The notes under the pieces are model-generated. The model saw only the letters and a list, made by a program, of their open reading frames with translations, was not told where the DNA came from and ran no database searches. This document shows, in pieces, positions 46,333 to 56,405 of a DNA stretch of 64,000 nucleotides; position 1 is the first letter of the stretch, and each line of letters starts with the position of its first letter. The position numbers and the translations under genes are program-made. Where the stretch lies: positions 326,040-390,039 of IMG/VR virus record IMGVR_UViG_3300036766_002289; one strand, written 5' to 3'.

Positions 46333-48888
46333 ATCGCATGGTATGATTTATTTAAGTTGTTCAGTTATGCTTTCACGCAAGACCCATTAGGCAAAAAGAA
46401 AGACGTTAGGGACTTTCCATCTGCGGGTGTAGGTAGTCCAGATGCAGTCCTAGACTTAAGGAATTTAGAAACTTTATCTTCGGGTGGAGCATTTGTAAGA
46501 GTTCAAAATGAACTGGTCGATATGACCAGTGCAACTAATCGTCTTAACAGATTAAAAGAATATGACCGCTTGGTGCTTAGTGTGCCAGAAATCGACCAAG
46601 CAATGACAGTCTTCGCAGATGAGGCTTGTGTAATTGGCAACACCCTTATTTCTACAGTTTATCATGGTCTAAAAAGCATAGAGTGGCTTGCTAATAACAA
46701 GAAAGAAGAGAGATTTCCTGTATATTGTTACAATTTTGAAAAAGAGGACTACACCATTGGTTGGGCATATGCGCCAAGGTTTGTAAAGATAGATCAAACA
46801 GTTCAAATCGTTTTAGACAATGGAACGGTAGAAATCGTAACCCCAGACCACCAAATACTTAAAAGAGACGGAACCTGGATATGCGCTGGTGATATGAAGT
46901 TTGGAGATGAGTTAATGCCTTTTTATAGGGTAAAACCAAATCAAAATATCACTCAACAAAAAACAAATCAATTCCCAAGAATTTATACACACCGAGACGG
47001 GTGGATTCACGAACGTCAGTTTATCGAAGAATGGAGACTAGGGAAGAACCTGGAAGAATATGACCGTGCTAATTACGCTGCAAAACTGATTGCAGGTGGT
47101 CTAAATTGGCCCAAAGTAGAAAAAATACTTGGTCATGAAATGCACATTATTCAAGCTTGGTTGCAGAAACAAGGCACTTCCTATAAAGAAATTAAACACC
47201 TTGCTAAGAATCCAGACAAAAGGCGTGTAATAGGTATTAGACCATACAAACAGTTAGCAGTATATGACCTATCAGTAGAAGATCATAAGAATTTCTGCAC
47301 TAGTTCATTAGTCATGCACAACTGCCAGAAAGACGAAAATGGGCATACGTTTAAAATCTCCTGTGCTAATAAAGAGGTTGTTGATGATTTAGAGACTTTG
47401 TTTTTTAATCGTGGTTATTTAAATTTAGATCAACAAACCATGTGGGACAAAGCAAAGAGATTATTCATTAAGGGTGATAGTTTTTGGGAACTTGTTATCA
47501 ACCCTGACAATCCTAAAGAAGGTATTTATAAGATTGCTGACTTGCCTTGTGAAACCATGTATCGTATTGAGACAATTAAGGGTAAGGTCTTAGAATTCCA
47601 GCAGTCCAAGGAAGCCCCAGATTATCAAGCTTTGGTCAAAGCACCAATTGATACAGCAACAGAATCTGAACTACAGCAATCAACAGCAATTCGTTTCTCG
47701 CCTGAACAAATTGTTCATGTCAGAATTGGCGATTATAGAAGAACTTTTTACCCATATGGCGTGTCATTAATTGAGCCTGCCAGAGGACCAGCCCATCAGT
47801 TAAGAATGATGGAAGATGCGATGGTTATTTATAGATTAACCCGTGCGCCAGAGCGTAGAGTTTTCTATATCGACGTTGGACAATTGCCTGGATATAAAGC
47901 AGAAGCTTTTATGGATCGCATTAAGGATCAATTCCGAAAGAAAAAAGTCCCAAGACAGCAATTTGCCCAAGGTGGTGCTTCGGTGGTTGAAGAACGTTGG
48001 CACGCACCTGCACAGGATGAAGACTTTTGGATTCCAACAAGGCCAAATTCTAATACAAGAATTGATACTTTGCCTGGCGCACAAAATCTAGGCGAGATTG
48101 ATGATGCAGTATATTTCAGAAATAAGTTATACACTGCCCTTAATTTCCCAAAGGGTTATTTCTCAATGGAAGACCCGAATGCAACAAGAATTACATTGTC
48201 TGCACAGGACGTTAAATTTGCTCGTATGATCGAGCGATTACAGTCACACATTGAAGAAGGGTTGTACCAGATTGCAGAGAGACATTTAAAGCTTAAGGGC
48301 TACCCAGAAGAAAGTTTCGAAGATTTAGCTATAAAAATGACTCCCCCATCAGATTGGAGGGAACTTAGCAAAGCAGAAATTGTAACAAATAGAATCAATA
48401 ACGCTAATAGTCTTAAAGGCTCGCAGCTAATGTCTGACTTCGATATTTTGACAAAGTGGATGAAATATACTGAAGACGAAGCAAAAGAAATGTTGGCAAG
48501 ACTAAAAGTTCAAAAGCTAGAAGACTTGAAGTTGCAAATATTGGCTCAGAACCCACAGCTATTAGGCGTGGGGGTTCCAAGTCAAGGCGAACAAGAAGTG
48601 GGTACTGAGCCAGGCGGACCAGGACCAAATCTTGGCCCAGAAGCAGGTGCCTTACCAGGGGGCGCTCCACCAGGAGGACAGCCAGGCGCACCCCCACCTG
48701 GACAGCCACCAGCACCAGGCGCACCGCCATTACCTCCACCACCTGGAATGATACCACCAGCGGGACAAGCTCAACCTCTACCTACACCATCGGAAGATGA
48801 TATAGTTAAGTATGATATGGAAATAGAAGACTATGAAAGTGAGCAAGACTTTGAGGACCAAGACCCTACAGAAACGGAGGAAATGTGA
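46333..48888 (+). CDS. gp20: Portal vertex protein with intein and Pro/Gly-rich C-tail
   Basis: EID..M...ADEA, IVHVR, YG.S.IEPAR...LRMMEDAMVIYRLTRAPERRVFYIDVG, EDFWIP, LPGAQNL.EIDD..YF. Start proposed at ATC 46333 (track TTG 46357). Confidence 0.95.
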   Translation: MAWYDLFKLFSYAFTQDPLGKKKDVRDFPSAGVGSPDAVLDLRNLETLSSGGAFVRVQNELVDMTSATNRLNRLKEYDRLVLSVPEIDQAMTVFADEACVIGNTLISTVYHGLKSIEWLANNKKEERFPVYCYNFEKEDYTIGWAYAPRFVKIDQTVQIVLDNGTVEIVTPDHQILKRDGTWICAGDMKFGDELMPFYRVKPNQNITQQKTNQFPRIYTHRDGWIHERQFIEEWRLGKNLEEYDRANYAAKLIAGGLNWPKVEKILGHEMHIIQAWLQKQGTSYKEIKHLAKNPDKRRVIGIRPYKQLAVYDLSVEDHKNFCTSSLVMHNCQKDENGHTFKISCANKEVVDDLETLFFNRGYLNLDQQTMWDKAKRLFIKGDSFWELVINPDNPKEGIYKIADLPCETMYRIETIKGKVLEFQQSKEAPDYQALVKAPIDTATESELQQSTAIRFSPEQIVHVRIGDYRRTFYPYGVSLIEPARGPAHQLRMMEDAMVIYRLTRAPERRVFYIDVGQLPGYKAEAFMDRIKDQFRKKKVPRQQFAQGGASVVEERWHAPAQDEDFWIPTRPNSNTRIDTLPGAQNLGEIDDAVYFRNKLYTALNFPKGYFSMEDPNATRITLSAQDVKFARMIERLQSHIEEGLYQIAERHLKLKGYPEESFEDLAIKMTPPSDWRELSKAEIVTNRINNANSLKGSQLMSDFDILTKWMKYTEDEAKEMLARLKVQKLEDLKLQILAQNPQLLGVGVPSQGEQEVGTEPGGPGPNLGPEAGALPGGAPPGGQPGAPPPGQPPAPGAPPLPPPPGMIPPAGQAQPLPTPSEDDIVKYDMEIEDYESEQDFEDQDPTETEEM
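46627..47322 (+). mobile_element. Intein (232 aa) in portal, decayed endonuclease
   Basis: Starts C (CVIGNT), block B TPDH, block F VYDLSVEDHKNF, ends HN followed by +1 Cys. Confidence 0.92.
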
Positions 48889-49163
48889 TAAATTGCCAGA
48901 CAGCGCCGTATACTGCAATGCACAATAAAACTCAATTAGGGTTGGTTACGGAGTGCGCATGTTATGCATGTGTTAAAGTGTTTCTTGTTAGTGAAATAAA
49001 AGAATGGACTGATGATTGGGATTTTAGATTGAAAACAGAAAGTCCACAGAATGAGCATACAGCAATATGTCCCCACTGCGGAATTGATGCGGTACTCCCT
49101 ATACATTTAGAAGATGATAAAGATTTGATGAATTTAAAGAAGATTCACGATTATTGGGCATAG
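48885..49163 (+). CDS. Small Zn-finger protein
   Basis: CACYAC..F..SEI.EW.D...TAICPHCGIDAV. Confidence 0.75.
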   Translation: MINCQTAPYTAMHNKTQLGLVTECACYACVKVFLVSEIKEWTDDWDFRLKTESPQNEHTAICPHCGIDAVLPIHLEDDKDLMNLKKIHDYWA

Positions 49164-49187
49164 ATATAGTGAATAAATAGGAGGGAT

Positions 49188-49526
49188 ATGTTTAAGTGGT
49201 TAAGGGATTTATTTGTTACGTGCCCAGAAGAACGAATAATCGTTAAGGACTTAAAATGTGTTTGCGAGGAAAAGGAGGAAGATACTATGAACAGGACTAC
49301 TAGTGGTGATATTTTACTTGGGTTTGGTCTACATGAAATCACAATTTCGTTAGATCATAAGCCTTGTACAGTATTTTTGTCAGTGCAAGACCCAGCTGAT
49401 AGTATGGCCGTATGTCACGGCGGTATTAACAAGATCGGGTTCACTATACTTGATGATGGATTTATTTTGTACGCGGATATACAATCTAACACATCTTTCA
49501 TAAAATGGACTTGTGAGTTAGTTTAA
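49188..49526 (+). CDS. Hypothetical protein
   Basis: SD GGAGG, TAAATA at 49174. Confidence 0.7.
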   Translation: MFKWLRDLFVTCPEERIIVKDLKCVCEEKEEDTMNRTTSGDILLGFGLHEITISLDHKPCTVFLSVQDPADSMAVCHGGINKIGFTILDDGFILYADIQSNTSFIKWTCELV

Positions 49527-49551
49527 AGTTACTATTTTAATGGATATATGG

Positions 49552-49645
49552 AGATATGTGGATGAAGTTTAATCGCTAAGCGGCTGGGCGGATAATCCAT
49601 CCACATGTCTAATGTTGCATCTAAAGGCGGCAAATATGTGGGTGG
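49552..49645 (+). promoter_or_regulatory. Candidate translational RNA switch (mutually exclusive hairpins)
   Basis: 49597-49610 pairs with either 49552-49564 or 49634-49645, which contains the AUG. Confidence 0.5.
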
Positions 49646-50883
49646 CTGTAAATAAAAAAAACATAGTAATAGCAATTTCTGAAAAACCTTTCGCTATTAC
49701 TGGCTACGAAGTAAAAGAAAGACCTAATGAACCAAAAACAGATTGGCATAAATTAATAGGCACCAGACTAAAACAAGACCTTAAAAAAGTGAAAGACTTG
49801 AGAGTAGCTTTCATTTGTAACTGGAACGATTGCTGTGGTATTAGTACGTATAGTAAATATCTAATAGATTCAATAACACCAAAAGTCAAAGAAATCCATG
49901 TTTTCTCAGAAATGGTAAAAGACGTAAAAGACGACCCGAGCTTTGTTACTCGTTGTTGGGAACGTGGACAAAGCTTAAAACCACTTATTGACAAATTACA
50001 AGCGTGGAAACCCGATCTAATCATAATGCAACATGAGTTTGGCATTTTTCCAAAAGCAACCTATTTCTTACAGTTACTCCAAGGTATTGATGATATTCCT
50101 TATGTCGTGACGATGCATTCAATATACGAACACCTTGACAAATCTGTTTGCACCGCTGCTGTCAAAAACATTGTAGTCCATACTAACGAAGGCAAAGATG
50201 TTCTGAAAAAGTTAGGCAACGCTAATAACATTTACGTGATCCCGCATGGCTGCGTTAAGTATGATGAATCCCAAAAAGGTGAGCTTTGGAACATTTTCCA
50301 AACTCCGTATACAATAGTTCAGTTTGGTTTTGGGTTTTTCTACAAAGGCGTGGATAGAATGCTAGACGCTTTGCATTATCTGAAAAAGCACGATAAGAAG
50401 TTCCAGAACATATTCTATTGCTATCTATGCAGTGATAATACGCACACAAGTCTAGTACATCAACAGTATTACGACTTTTTGATGAAAAAGGTTGATGAGC
50501 TTTCATTACATGACAACGTTGTGATTATAAGGAAGTTTCAGACGGATCAGATGATAAACAGTTATCTTAGAACTTGTAAGATAGCTACTTTTCATTACAT
50601 AAGTGACCCTAAGAACATGGTTTACGGTGCAAGTGGTGCAATACGTATAGCAATGGCCTGTGGCACTCCAGTAGTAGCAAGTAACTGCCATCAGTTCGAC
50701 GATTTGCAAGGAGTAGTCCCAAGACCTAGAGATTACATAGAATTAGCCAAAGAAATTGACGAAATATTTAGTAACGAGAAGCACAAGCAGGCCCTTATTA
50801 AGAAAGCTAACGACTATATTGATGATAATAATTGGGATGTAACTGCGGATAGGTATATTAATCTTTATTATTCAATAAGTTAA
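49636..50883 (+). CDS. GT4 family glycosyltransferase
   Basis: CGISTYS..L, IMQHEFG, VVTMH, IPHG, FGF...KG.D, ASGA..IAMACGTPVVAS. SD AAAGGCGG before ATG 49636. Confidence 0.9.
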   Translation: MWVAVNKKNIVIAISEKPFAITGYEVKERPNEPKTDWHKLIGTRLKQDLKKVKDLRVAFICNWNDCCGISTYSKYLIDSITPKVKEIHVFSEMVKDVKDDPSFVTRCWERGQSLKPLIDKLQAWKPDLIIMQHEFGIFPKATYFLQLLQGIDDIPYVVTMHSIYEHLDKSVCTAAVKNIVVHTNEGKDVLKKLGNANNIYVIPHGCVKYDESQKGELWNIFQTPYTIVQFGFGFFYKGVDRMLDALHYLKKHDKKFQNIFYCYLCSDNTHTSLVHQQYYDFLMKKVDELSLHDNVVIIRKFQTDQMINSYLRTCKIATFHYISDPKNMVYGASGAIRIAMACGTPVVASNCHQFDDLQGVVPRPRDYIELAKEIDEIFSNEKHKQALIKKANDYIDDNNWDVTADRYINLYYSIS

Positions 50884-51179
50884 ACTGGTCCCTGCATGTC
50901 CGCACTATTTGGTGCAACAACGTCTTTGTCTTTTGGTGCAATTCTGAATGCGGTACTATTGCTATTTCTGGAGTCCGAATACTTATCTAAAATTCTTTTG
51001 ATGTTTTCGTCATTCCTGGCAAGGGCATGAAAAAAGTCCATTACACTCTCTTTGTGATTGCTAATAGCAATTTTTGCTACTTTTAATAAGAGTTCAGACT
51101 CATCACCTGAGCCGCCTATGTCCCCCAGACCTTCTTCATCATCCTCGCGCAACCTATAATATTGAGAAAAAGTTTTCAT
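50880..51179 (-). CDS. Small protein with capsid-targeting-like N-terminus
   Basis: MKTFSQYYRLRE resembles T4 internal protein MKT(F/Y)xEF..E. TATATA upstream. Track start 51197. Confidence 0.55.
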   Translation of the reverse strand: MKTFSQYYRLREDDEEGLGDIGGSGDESELLLKVAKIAISNHKESVMDFFHALARNDENIKRILDKYSDSRNSNSTAFRIAPKDKDVVAPNSADMQGPV

Positions 51180-51287
51180 TTTTAACGTCTTTTGCATAAC
51201 TACCTTATATAGTTAATAGGACCATTTAAATTTTTGTCCACAACTATATATATCAGAATAAGTAATATATCCTTAATGGGAGATGAT

Positions 51288-53141
51288 ATGAGAAGAAAAC
51301 TAGTTAATTATGAAGTTTTCCAGAAGATTAATGAAAATTCAATCACGAAGTCAGAAAAGGAATTGGTCCTAGCCGAAGAGGTCTTGGCCAAGGCTTTAGG
51401 CGAAATTCAATTGAATCTTCATTGCTTCGACGAGTCTAGTGTCACTTATGAGACTTTGGATAAGTCTTATATTCACGCTGGCTACCGTCTAGATGGAAGC
51501 CACATCATTTTTGAGAACATCGAACAATTGATTATTGATGAATCCTCGGCAAGAGAAACTGCACATAACAGTCTACGAAAGATGTTTGACAGCGTTCTAG
51601 AGAAGAACGAAGCAGCAGCTGACGAAGCTTTTAAGGAATACATTTCCTATCCCTTCGTCCGTCGTGGATTTATGGAGCAGGGTATTGTCCAGACCTGGGC
51701 AGAACCAAAAAGCAAGCTTACAAAGGGCAAAAAGCAAAGTGCTGACACCATCATGAAGAGAGTCATGGGCAAGAAGCGTAGTCAGGCTAATAAGAGTCCA
51801 TTCGATAAGGAAAAGGCAAAAGAGAAGAGAGACCAGATCAAGAAGGTCACAGGAGCTAAGTACGTTCATCTAAGATTTAAGCCACAGGGCAAACGTAAGA
51901 TGAAGGAATGGTACAGCTTAGTTGAAAACGTCTTCAATTATTTGGACTATCAAGAATTTGGTCCAGTTGCTAATCAATCCGAAATTAAGAAGGATGAAAA
52001 GGGCAATGTTGTCGCAATTAGAATCCCAGACTCAAAGTCTAGGAACGAAGGTAAGATTCTAAGCTTCAACTGGAAGACTCTAACAGCAGATAATACAGTA
52101 CTAAGAGCTAAGATGAAGAATCTAGCTGAAGATAATAACTTCTGCAAAGCAATGCGGGATTTAAAGCAGTGCAATGCACTTTCAGACAATGATAAGTTAC
52201 AGAACGTATTGGAAGCGGTTGTTGCAAGATGGCCAAATATTATTTACTTAACTCAGACCGAACTTGCAGAAGCTATCTCAACAGCTTTGGAAACAATCGG
52301 CGCAACCAATTACGACGATAGAATGTGCGTATTTATGGCAGAAGGTATCTTAAGAACAGCTGCTGATGCATATCCTGAAAAAGTCGAAAAAATCGTTAAA
52401 ATGTCTGGCATTAAAGTAGAAGCGACAGACGATAAGTATGTTGATTTCCAGAATGTAGTTCACAAGTTCTATACTTTCCTTGATGAAAATCTACAGTTGG
52501 AAATGCAGGTCTTTGTTGACCTTTATAACGCATTAGTTGAAGTTCACAAGTTGGCAAATGAAGAAGGTAATAGTGCTATTGTAAATGACGTTCATAGTTA
52601 CCTAAAAGAACTAAAAGCCGTCATCGAACATGAGAGCGAACCAACTTTGGATTTGGCAGGGGAAGTAGCAGCGTGGCTATCCAACTTGGTTGAGACCAAT
52701 TTGGAGGGTGGAGATTGGGATGTATCCAACACACCATATATGACAGTAAACGGTAGCCATCCACAGATGGCTAAGGATGCTGCAAAGCCATACGCTCCAT
52801 CAGCAGATTTCTCTGGCGATTGGGGAGACCCAGCACCAGTTAGCGACGGCAAGAACTACAAGGGTGGTTTAGCTGACGAAATGAGAGGCGATGCTTGGGG
52901 CAATTGGGCTAACGATGACACTTGGCCAGGTCTACAAAACCCATATGTCAAGGGTGCAACAGCAGCTTGGCTAATGAAGGGTCCAGATAGCGCAGCTACA
53001 ACTGGCGATAGTGATTGGAGCCGTTACCAGAGTGGCGACACTTGGCCAGCACTTCAGAACCCATACGTTCCGAAGGAAGCAGGCGGTGTAGGTGGTTCTG
53101 GTTATAAGGCAAAAACAGATAACTTAGTTGTTGATAAGTAA
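51288..53141 (+). CDS. Prohead core-associated protein (putative)
   Basis: SD GGAG before MRRK, directly upstream of gp21, C-terminal DTWPxLQNPYV duplicated. Confidence 0.55.
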   Translation: MRRKLVNYEVFQKINENSITKSEKELVLAEEVLAKALGEIQLNLHCFDESSVTYETLDKSYIHAGYRLDGSHIIFENIEQLIIDESSARETAHNSLRKMFDSVLEKNEAAADEAFKEYISYPFVRRGFMEQGIVQTWAEPKSKLTKGKKQSADTIMKRVMGKKRSQANKSPFDKEKAKEKRDQIKKVTGAKYVHLRFKPQGKRKMKEWYSLVENVFNYLDYQEFGPVANQSEIKKDEKGNVVAIRIPDSKSRNEGKILSFNWKTLTADNTVLRAKMKNLAEDNNFCKAMRDLKQCNALSDNDKLQNVLEAVVARWPNIIYLTQTELAEAISTALETIGATNYDDRMCVFMAEGILRTAADAYPEKVEKIVKMSGIKVEATDDKYVDFQNVVHKFYTFLDENLQLEMQVFVDLYNALVEVHKLANEEGNSAIVNDVHSYLKELKAVIEHESEPTLDLAGEVAAWLSNLVETNLEGGDWDVSNTPYMTVNGSHPQMAKDAAKPYAPSADFSGDWGDPAPVSDGKNYKGGLADEMRGDAWGNWANDDTWPGLQNPYVKGATAAWLMKGPDSAATTGDSDWSRYQSGDTWPALQNPYVPKEAGGVGGSGYKAKTDNLVVDK

Positions 53142-53157
53142 ACAATTAAAAGAAAAC

Positions 53158-53190
53158 AAAAAAGGTCGCTATTATTAGCGACCTTTTTTT
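53158..53190. terminator. Bidirectional Rho-independent terminator
   Basis: AAAAAAGGTCGCTA-TTAT-TAGCGACCTTTTTTT. Confidence 0.9.
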
Positions 53191-53225
53191 ATACCTATTG
53201 CATAAATAATTATCAGAGGAACATT

Positions 53226-53885
53226 ATGAAAGACCAAATGTTATTGCTTGAAGGATTCGTATCTAATCTTGAAATTGATCTTAAAGAATCAAACCTAGAC
53301 AAAGGTTTGCTTAGATTTAAGGGCAAGTTACAAGAAGCGGAAATTGTAAATAAGAATAAGAGAAGGTATCCATATTCTGTACTTGATGAAAATGTTCGTA
53401 GACTACAAGAAGTTGTTAAATCTCGTGGTTTAATTGGCGAGCTAGATCATCCATCAGATTCAATAATTCACTTTAAAGAAGCATCACACGTTATTACTAA
53501 ACTTTGGTGGGATGGTCAAGTCCTAATGGGCGAAGGTGAGATATTAACTACGGCACACGGAAGACAAATGAAGGCATTGCTAGAATGTGGTATCAGACTA
53601 GGAATGAGTAGTAGAGGTGTTGGCAACGGCGAAATGGATGATAGTGGTATATTAGTTATTGGCGAAGGCTATAAATTAATTACATTCGATGCAGTTGCTG
53701 ATCCATCTACACCAGCAGCATATCAAGAAGAAATTAAGAGTGCAAAGCGTGAATATTTTATTCCACAAAATATTTCTATTAAAAATGATGAGCCACGCAT
53801 ATATACTCTTAATAAAGAAGCGATTATTGCTGCTTTAGGTGGAGTGATTAAGGAAACAACTAATAAATTTTTAGCGAGGAAGTAA
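53226..53885 (+). CDS. gp21: Prohead core protease
   Basis: NKNKRRYP, GELDHP, ASHVI, LGMSSRG.G, LITFDAVADPS.P.AY. Confidence 0.95.
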   Translation: MKDQMLLLEGFVSNLEIDLKESNLDKGLLRFKGKLQEAEIVNKNKRRYPYSVLDENVRRLQEVVKSRGLIGELDHPSDSIIHFKEASHVITKLWWDGQVLMGEGEILTTAHGRQMKALLECGIRLGMSSRGVGNGEMDDSGILVIGEGYKLITFDAVADPSTPAAYQEEIKSAKREYFIPQNISIKNDEPRIYTLNKEAIIAALGGVIKETTNKFLARK

Positions 53886-54821
53886 ATGAGCAAAATACTA
53901 GAATCTTTAAAGAAACTTCTCCCAGAGGAAAATCTTAAGGAAGTCGCTGCTGCGGTTGACGAAATGTTAGCGGAAGCCGTTGCAGAAGTTACTAAGGAAA
54001 AAGAAGCTCTAATGAATAAGGAGCTAGAAAAAGCCTATAACGAACTTTCTGCGGAATTAGCTGCTGCTGAGAAGATTGGCGAACAGGGTTATGAGGAAGC
54101 TTTTGCTGTAATCACCGACCTACGCCAGAGATTAAATATCCAGAAGGAAGAGTTCGAAACAACTCTTGAAGAAGGATTTGAAGAGGCTTACCAGATGCTA
54201 TTGGCAGAACGTGCTAAGAATAGCAGCTTGGAAGTCGATCTATACGAAGAATACGAAAAGAAGTATGGCGAGATGAAGGAACACTTCATCGAAATGCTCG
54301 ATAAGTTCCTCCAGACTAAGGGTAAGGAAATGCACGAGCAAATCAGACGTGACCAGGCTAACGACCCACGTTTTGCAGAACAAAGAGTCGCTTTGGATCG
54401 CATCGTAGATATCGTTGCAGATCAACTAAGTGACGAAGACCGTGTACTAGCCACAAGCAGTAAGCTTGAGGATGCACATAAGAAACTTGAAGAGATGAGT
54501 GGTCAGATCAAGATGATGGAAGCTCGAAACATCCGTCTCTCAATTGAGAAGACTAAGATGGAAGAAGCTCTACGTCAGTCAACTGAGAAGATCACTGAGT
54601 CTGTTAGAGTTGAAAATAAGAATGAAAGAAAAGATAAAGCAAAGACTGTATCGGGGAGAGGGCGAATTGTTGCCGAAGAGGATACCAAGGTTATTGCGGA
54701 ACATAACCAGGAACCAGCAACCGCCAAAGATACCAATAAGAACGCTTCTTTCAAATTGTTAGAGAGTCAGGGCTTAACCAGAGAAATGGCAGCTACTCTA
54801 GCAGGAACAAAGAAGAATTAA
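53886..54821 (+). CDS. gp22: Prohead scaffold protein (gp22-like)
   Basis: Glu-rich coiled coil between protease and MCP, ends LAG..K. Confidence 0.8.
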   Translation: MSKILESLKKLLPEENLKEVAAAVDEMLAEAVAEVTKEKEALMNKELEKAYNELSAELAAAEKIGEQGYEEAFAVITDLRQRLNIQKEEFETTLEEGFEEAYQMLLAERAKNSSLEVDLYEEYEKKYGEMKEHFIEMLDKFLQTKGKEMHEQIRRDQANDPRFAEQRVALDRIVDIVADQLSDEDRVLATSSKLEDAHKKLEEMSGQIKMMEARNIRLSIEKTKMEEALRQSTEKITESVRVENKNERKDKAKTVSGRGRIVAEEDTKVIAEHNQEPATAKDTNKNASFKLLESQGLTREMAATLAGTKKN

Positions 54822-54851
54822 GTAAACTTTTTTAAGATCATAAGAGGATAA

Positions 54852-56288
54852 ATGAGCGCAAATGCTAGATTTTTAAATGAGGCCAAAGAGATTGATAGTA
54901 AATGGGCCGAAACAGGTTTACTAGAAGGTATCGACAACCGATATGAGAGATCATGTGCAGCTGTCCTTCTAGAAAATCAGTATCTTTTCAACGAAATTTC
55001 TACTGACACTGGCGATATTGCTCAGTTCAAGAGAATTAGTATTCCTTTGATTCGTAGAATCTACCCACAGTTGATCGCTAACAAGATCGTTAGCGTACAG
55101 CCACTACTTGGCCCAACTGGTTTGGTGTACTACCTACGTTTCCGTTATTCGTCCAACAAGGGTGCCCGTCGTGGTGCAAGCAACGATAGTGGTTATCCAG
55201 CAGACGATATTAACTCCCTCCAGCAGTTGGCGGACGGAACTGCAAACTTGGATATATTCTATTCAAGCCAGTTCGTTCAGAACGAGTCAACTAACGTTGA
55301 CCCAGGTGCCATCGTAGTAACAGCCTACGCACCTCTAGAACACACGCCAATTCTAGCTGGAACAATGACAGGCACAGTATTCGTTGGTGCAACGGCAGTC
55401 CAGACATTCAATGTCTCTTCTGCGAACGTATTCACGTTCACTCCAATTGGCGCTCCAGCAGCGTTTGTTGTAGCTGCAACCATCAACCTAACTACTGGTG
55501 AAATGGTATTCACATGGAACATCGCCGCAGGTGCTAACACCAGCGTTGTATCCTATGAGTACAATATGGAATGTAACCAAGACCTTCCAGAAGTAAACTT
55601 GGTTGTAGAATCCGAAGAAATTGCTGCTAAGACCCGTAAGTTGAAGGCAGTATGGAGCTACGAAGCTCAGCAGGATTTGCGTTCCCAGCATAACCTAGAC
55701 GCAGAAGCAGAATTGACTGCCGTTCTAGCACAAGAAATCAACCTAGAAATTGACCGTGAAGTTCTAACTGACCTTCTATTAAACGCAGGTACAGTTGGAG
55801 CATGGGACTTCTCAACTGCCCTTGGTGACACCATCAAGGAACGTTACGAATCTCTATACGTCAAGATCGTAGAAATGTCTAACGTTATCCATCGTAAGAC
55901 ATTGCGTGGTGGTGCTAACTGGATCGTAACTTCTCCTGAAGTTGCAAGTATTTTTGAAACCGCAACAGCAGGTTTCGCACCAGCCCCAAGTGAGACTTTC
56001 ACTAGCTCATTAGGTATTCAGTACGTTGGCACTATTAACAACCGTTGGAGACTATATAAAGACCCACTCTTTAGAACTAATCAGCTTCTAATGGGTTACA
56101 AGGGCGACTCTTATATGGACTCGGGTTATTTCTACTGCCCATACGTACCCCTAACTCAGACTCCAGTAGTTCTTGATCCAGAATCATTCTGTCCAAAAAA
56201 AGGCATCCTAACACGTTATGGCAAGAAGTTGCTTCGTGAAGGTGCTAAGTTCTACGCACGTTTGACAATCCACAACTTTGTTATCTAA
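54852..56288 (+). CDS. gp23: Major capsid protein
   Basis: VSVQPL.GPTGLVYYLR, AKTRKLKA.WS.EA.QDL...H..DAE.EL, EINLEIDRE, FYCPYVPL, TRYG. Confidence 0.98.
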   Translation: MSANARFLNEAKEIDSKWAETGLLEGIDNRYERSCAAVLLENQYLFNEISTDTGDIAQFKRISIPLIRRIYPQLIANKIVSVQPLLGPTGLVYYLRFRYSSNKGARRGASNDSGYPADDINSLQQLADGTANLDIFYSSQFVQNESTNVDPGAIVVTAYAPLEHTPILAGTMTGTVFVGATAVQTFNVSSANVFTFTPIGAPAAFVVAATINLTTGEMVFTWNIAAGANTSVVSYEYNMECNQDLPEVNLVVESEEIAAKTRKLKAVWSYEAQQDLRSQHNLDAEAELTAVLAQEINLEIDREVLTDLLLNAGTVGAWDFSTALGDTIKERYESLYVKIVEMSNVIHRKTLRGGANWIVTSPEVASIFETATAGFAPAPSETFTSSLGIQYVGTINNRWRLYKDPLFRTNQLLMGYKGDSYMDSGYFYCPYVPLTQTPVVLDPESFCPKKGILTRYGKKLLREGAKFYARLTIHNFVI

Positions 56289-56307
56289 TAACAAGTAGTA
56301 ATAAAAC

Positions 56308-56340
56308 AAAAACCCAGGTTGAAAGACCTGGGTTTTTTTA
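56308..56340 (+). terminator. Rho-independent terminator after MCP
   Basis: AAAAACCCAGGTT-GAAA-GACCTGGGTTTTTTT. Confidence 0.92.
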
Positions 56341-56405
56341 TTTGAAATTTTCTGGGGTTTATTGTAAACTAAGTTTTAAAGCTTTATTTTATAAAAGGAT
56401 TAGGT

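Noticed and set aside
48413-48757. Antisense ORF over the portal C-terminus
   Set aside because: Shadow of the Pro/Gly-rich low-complexity portal tail
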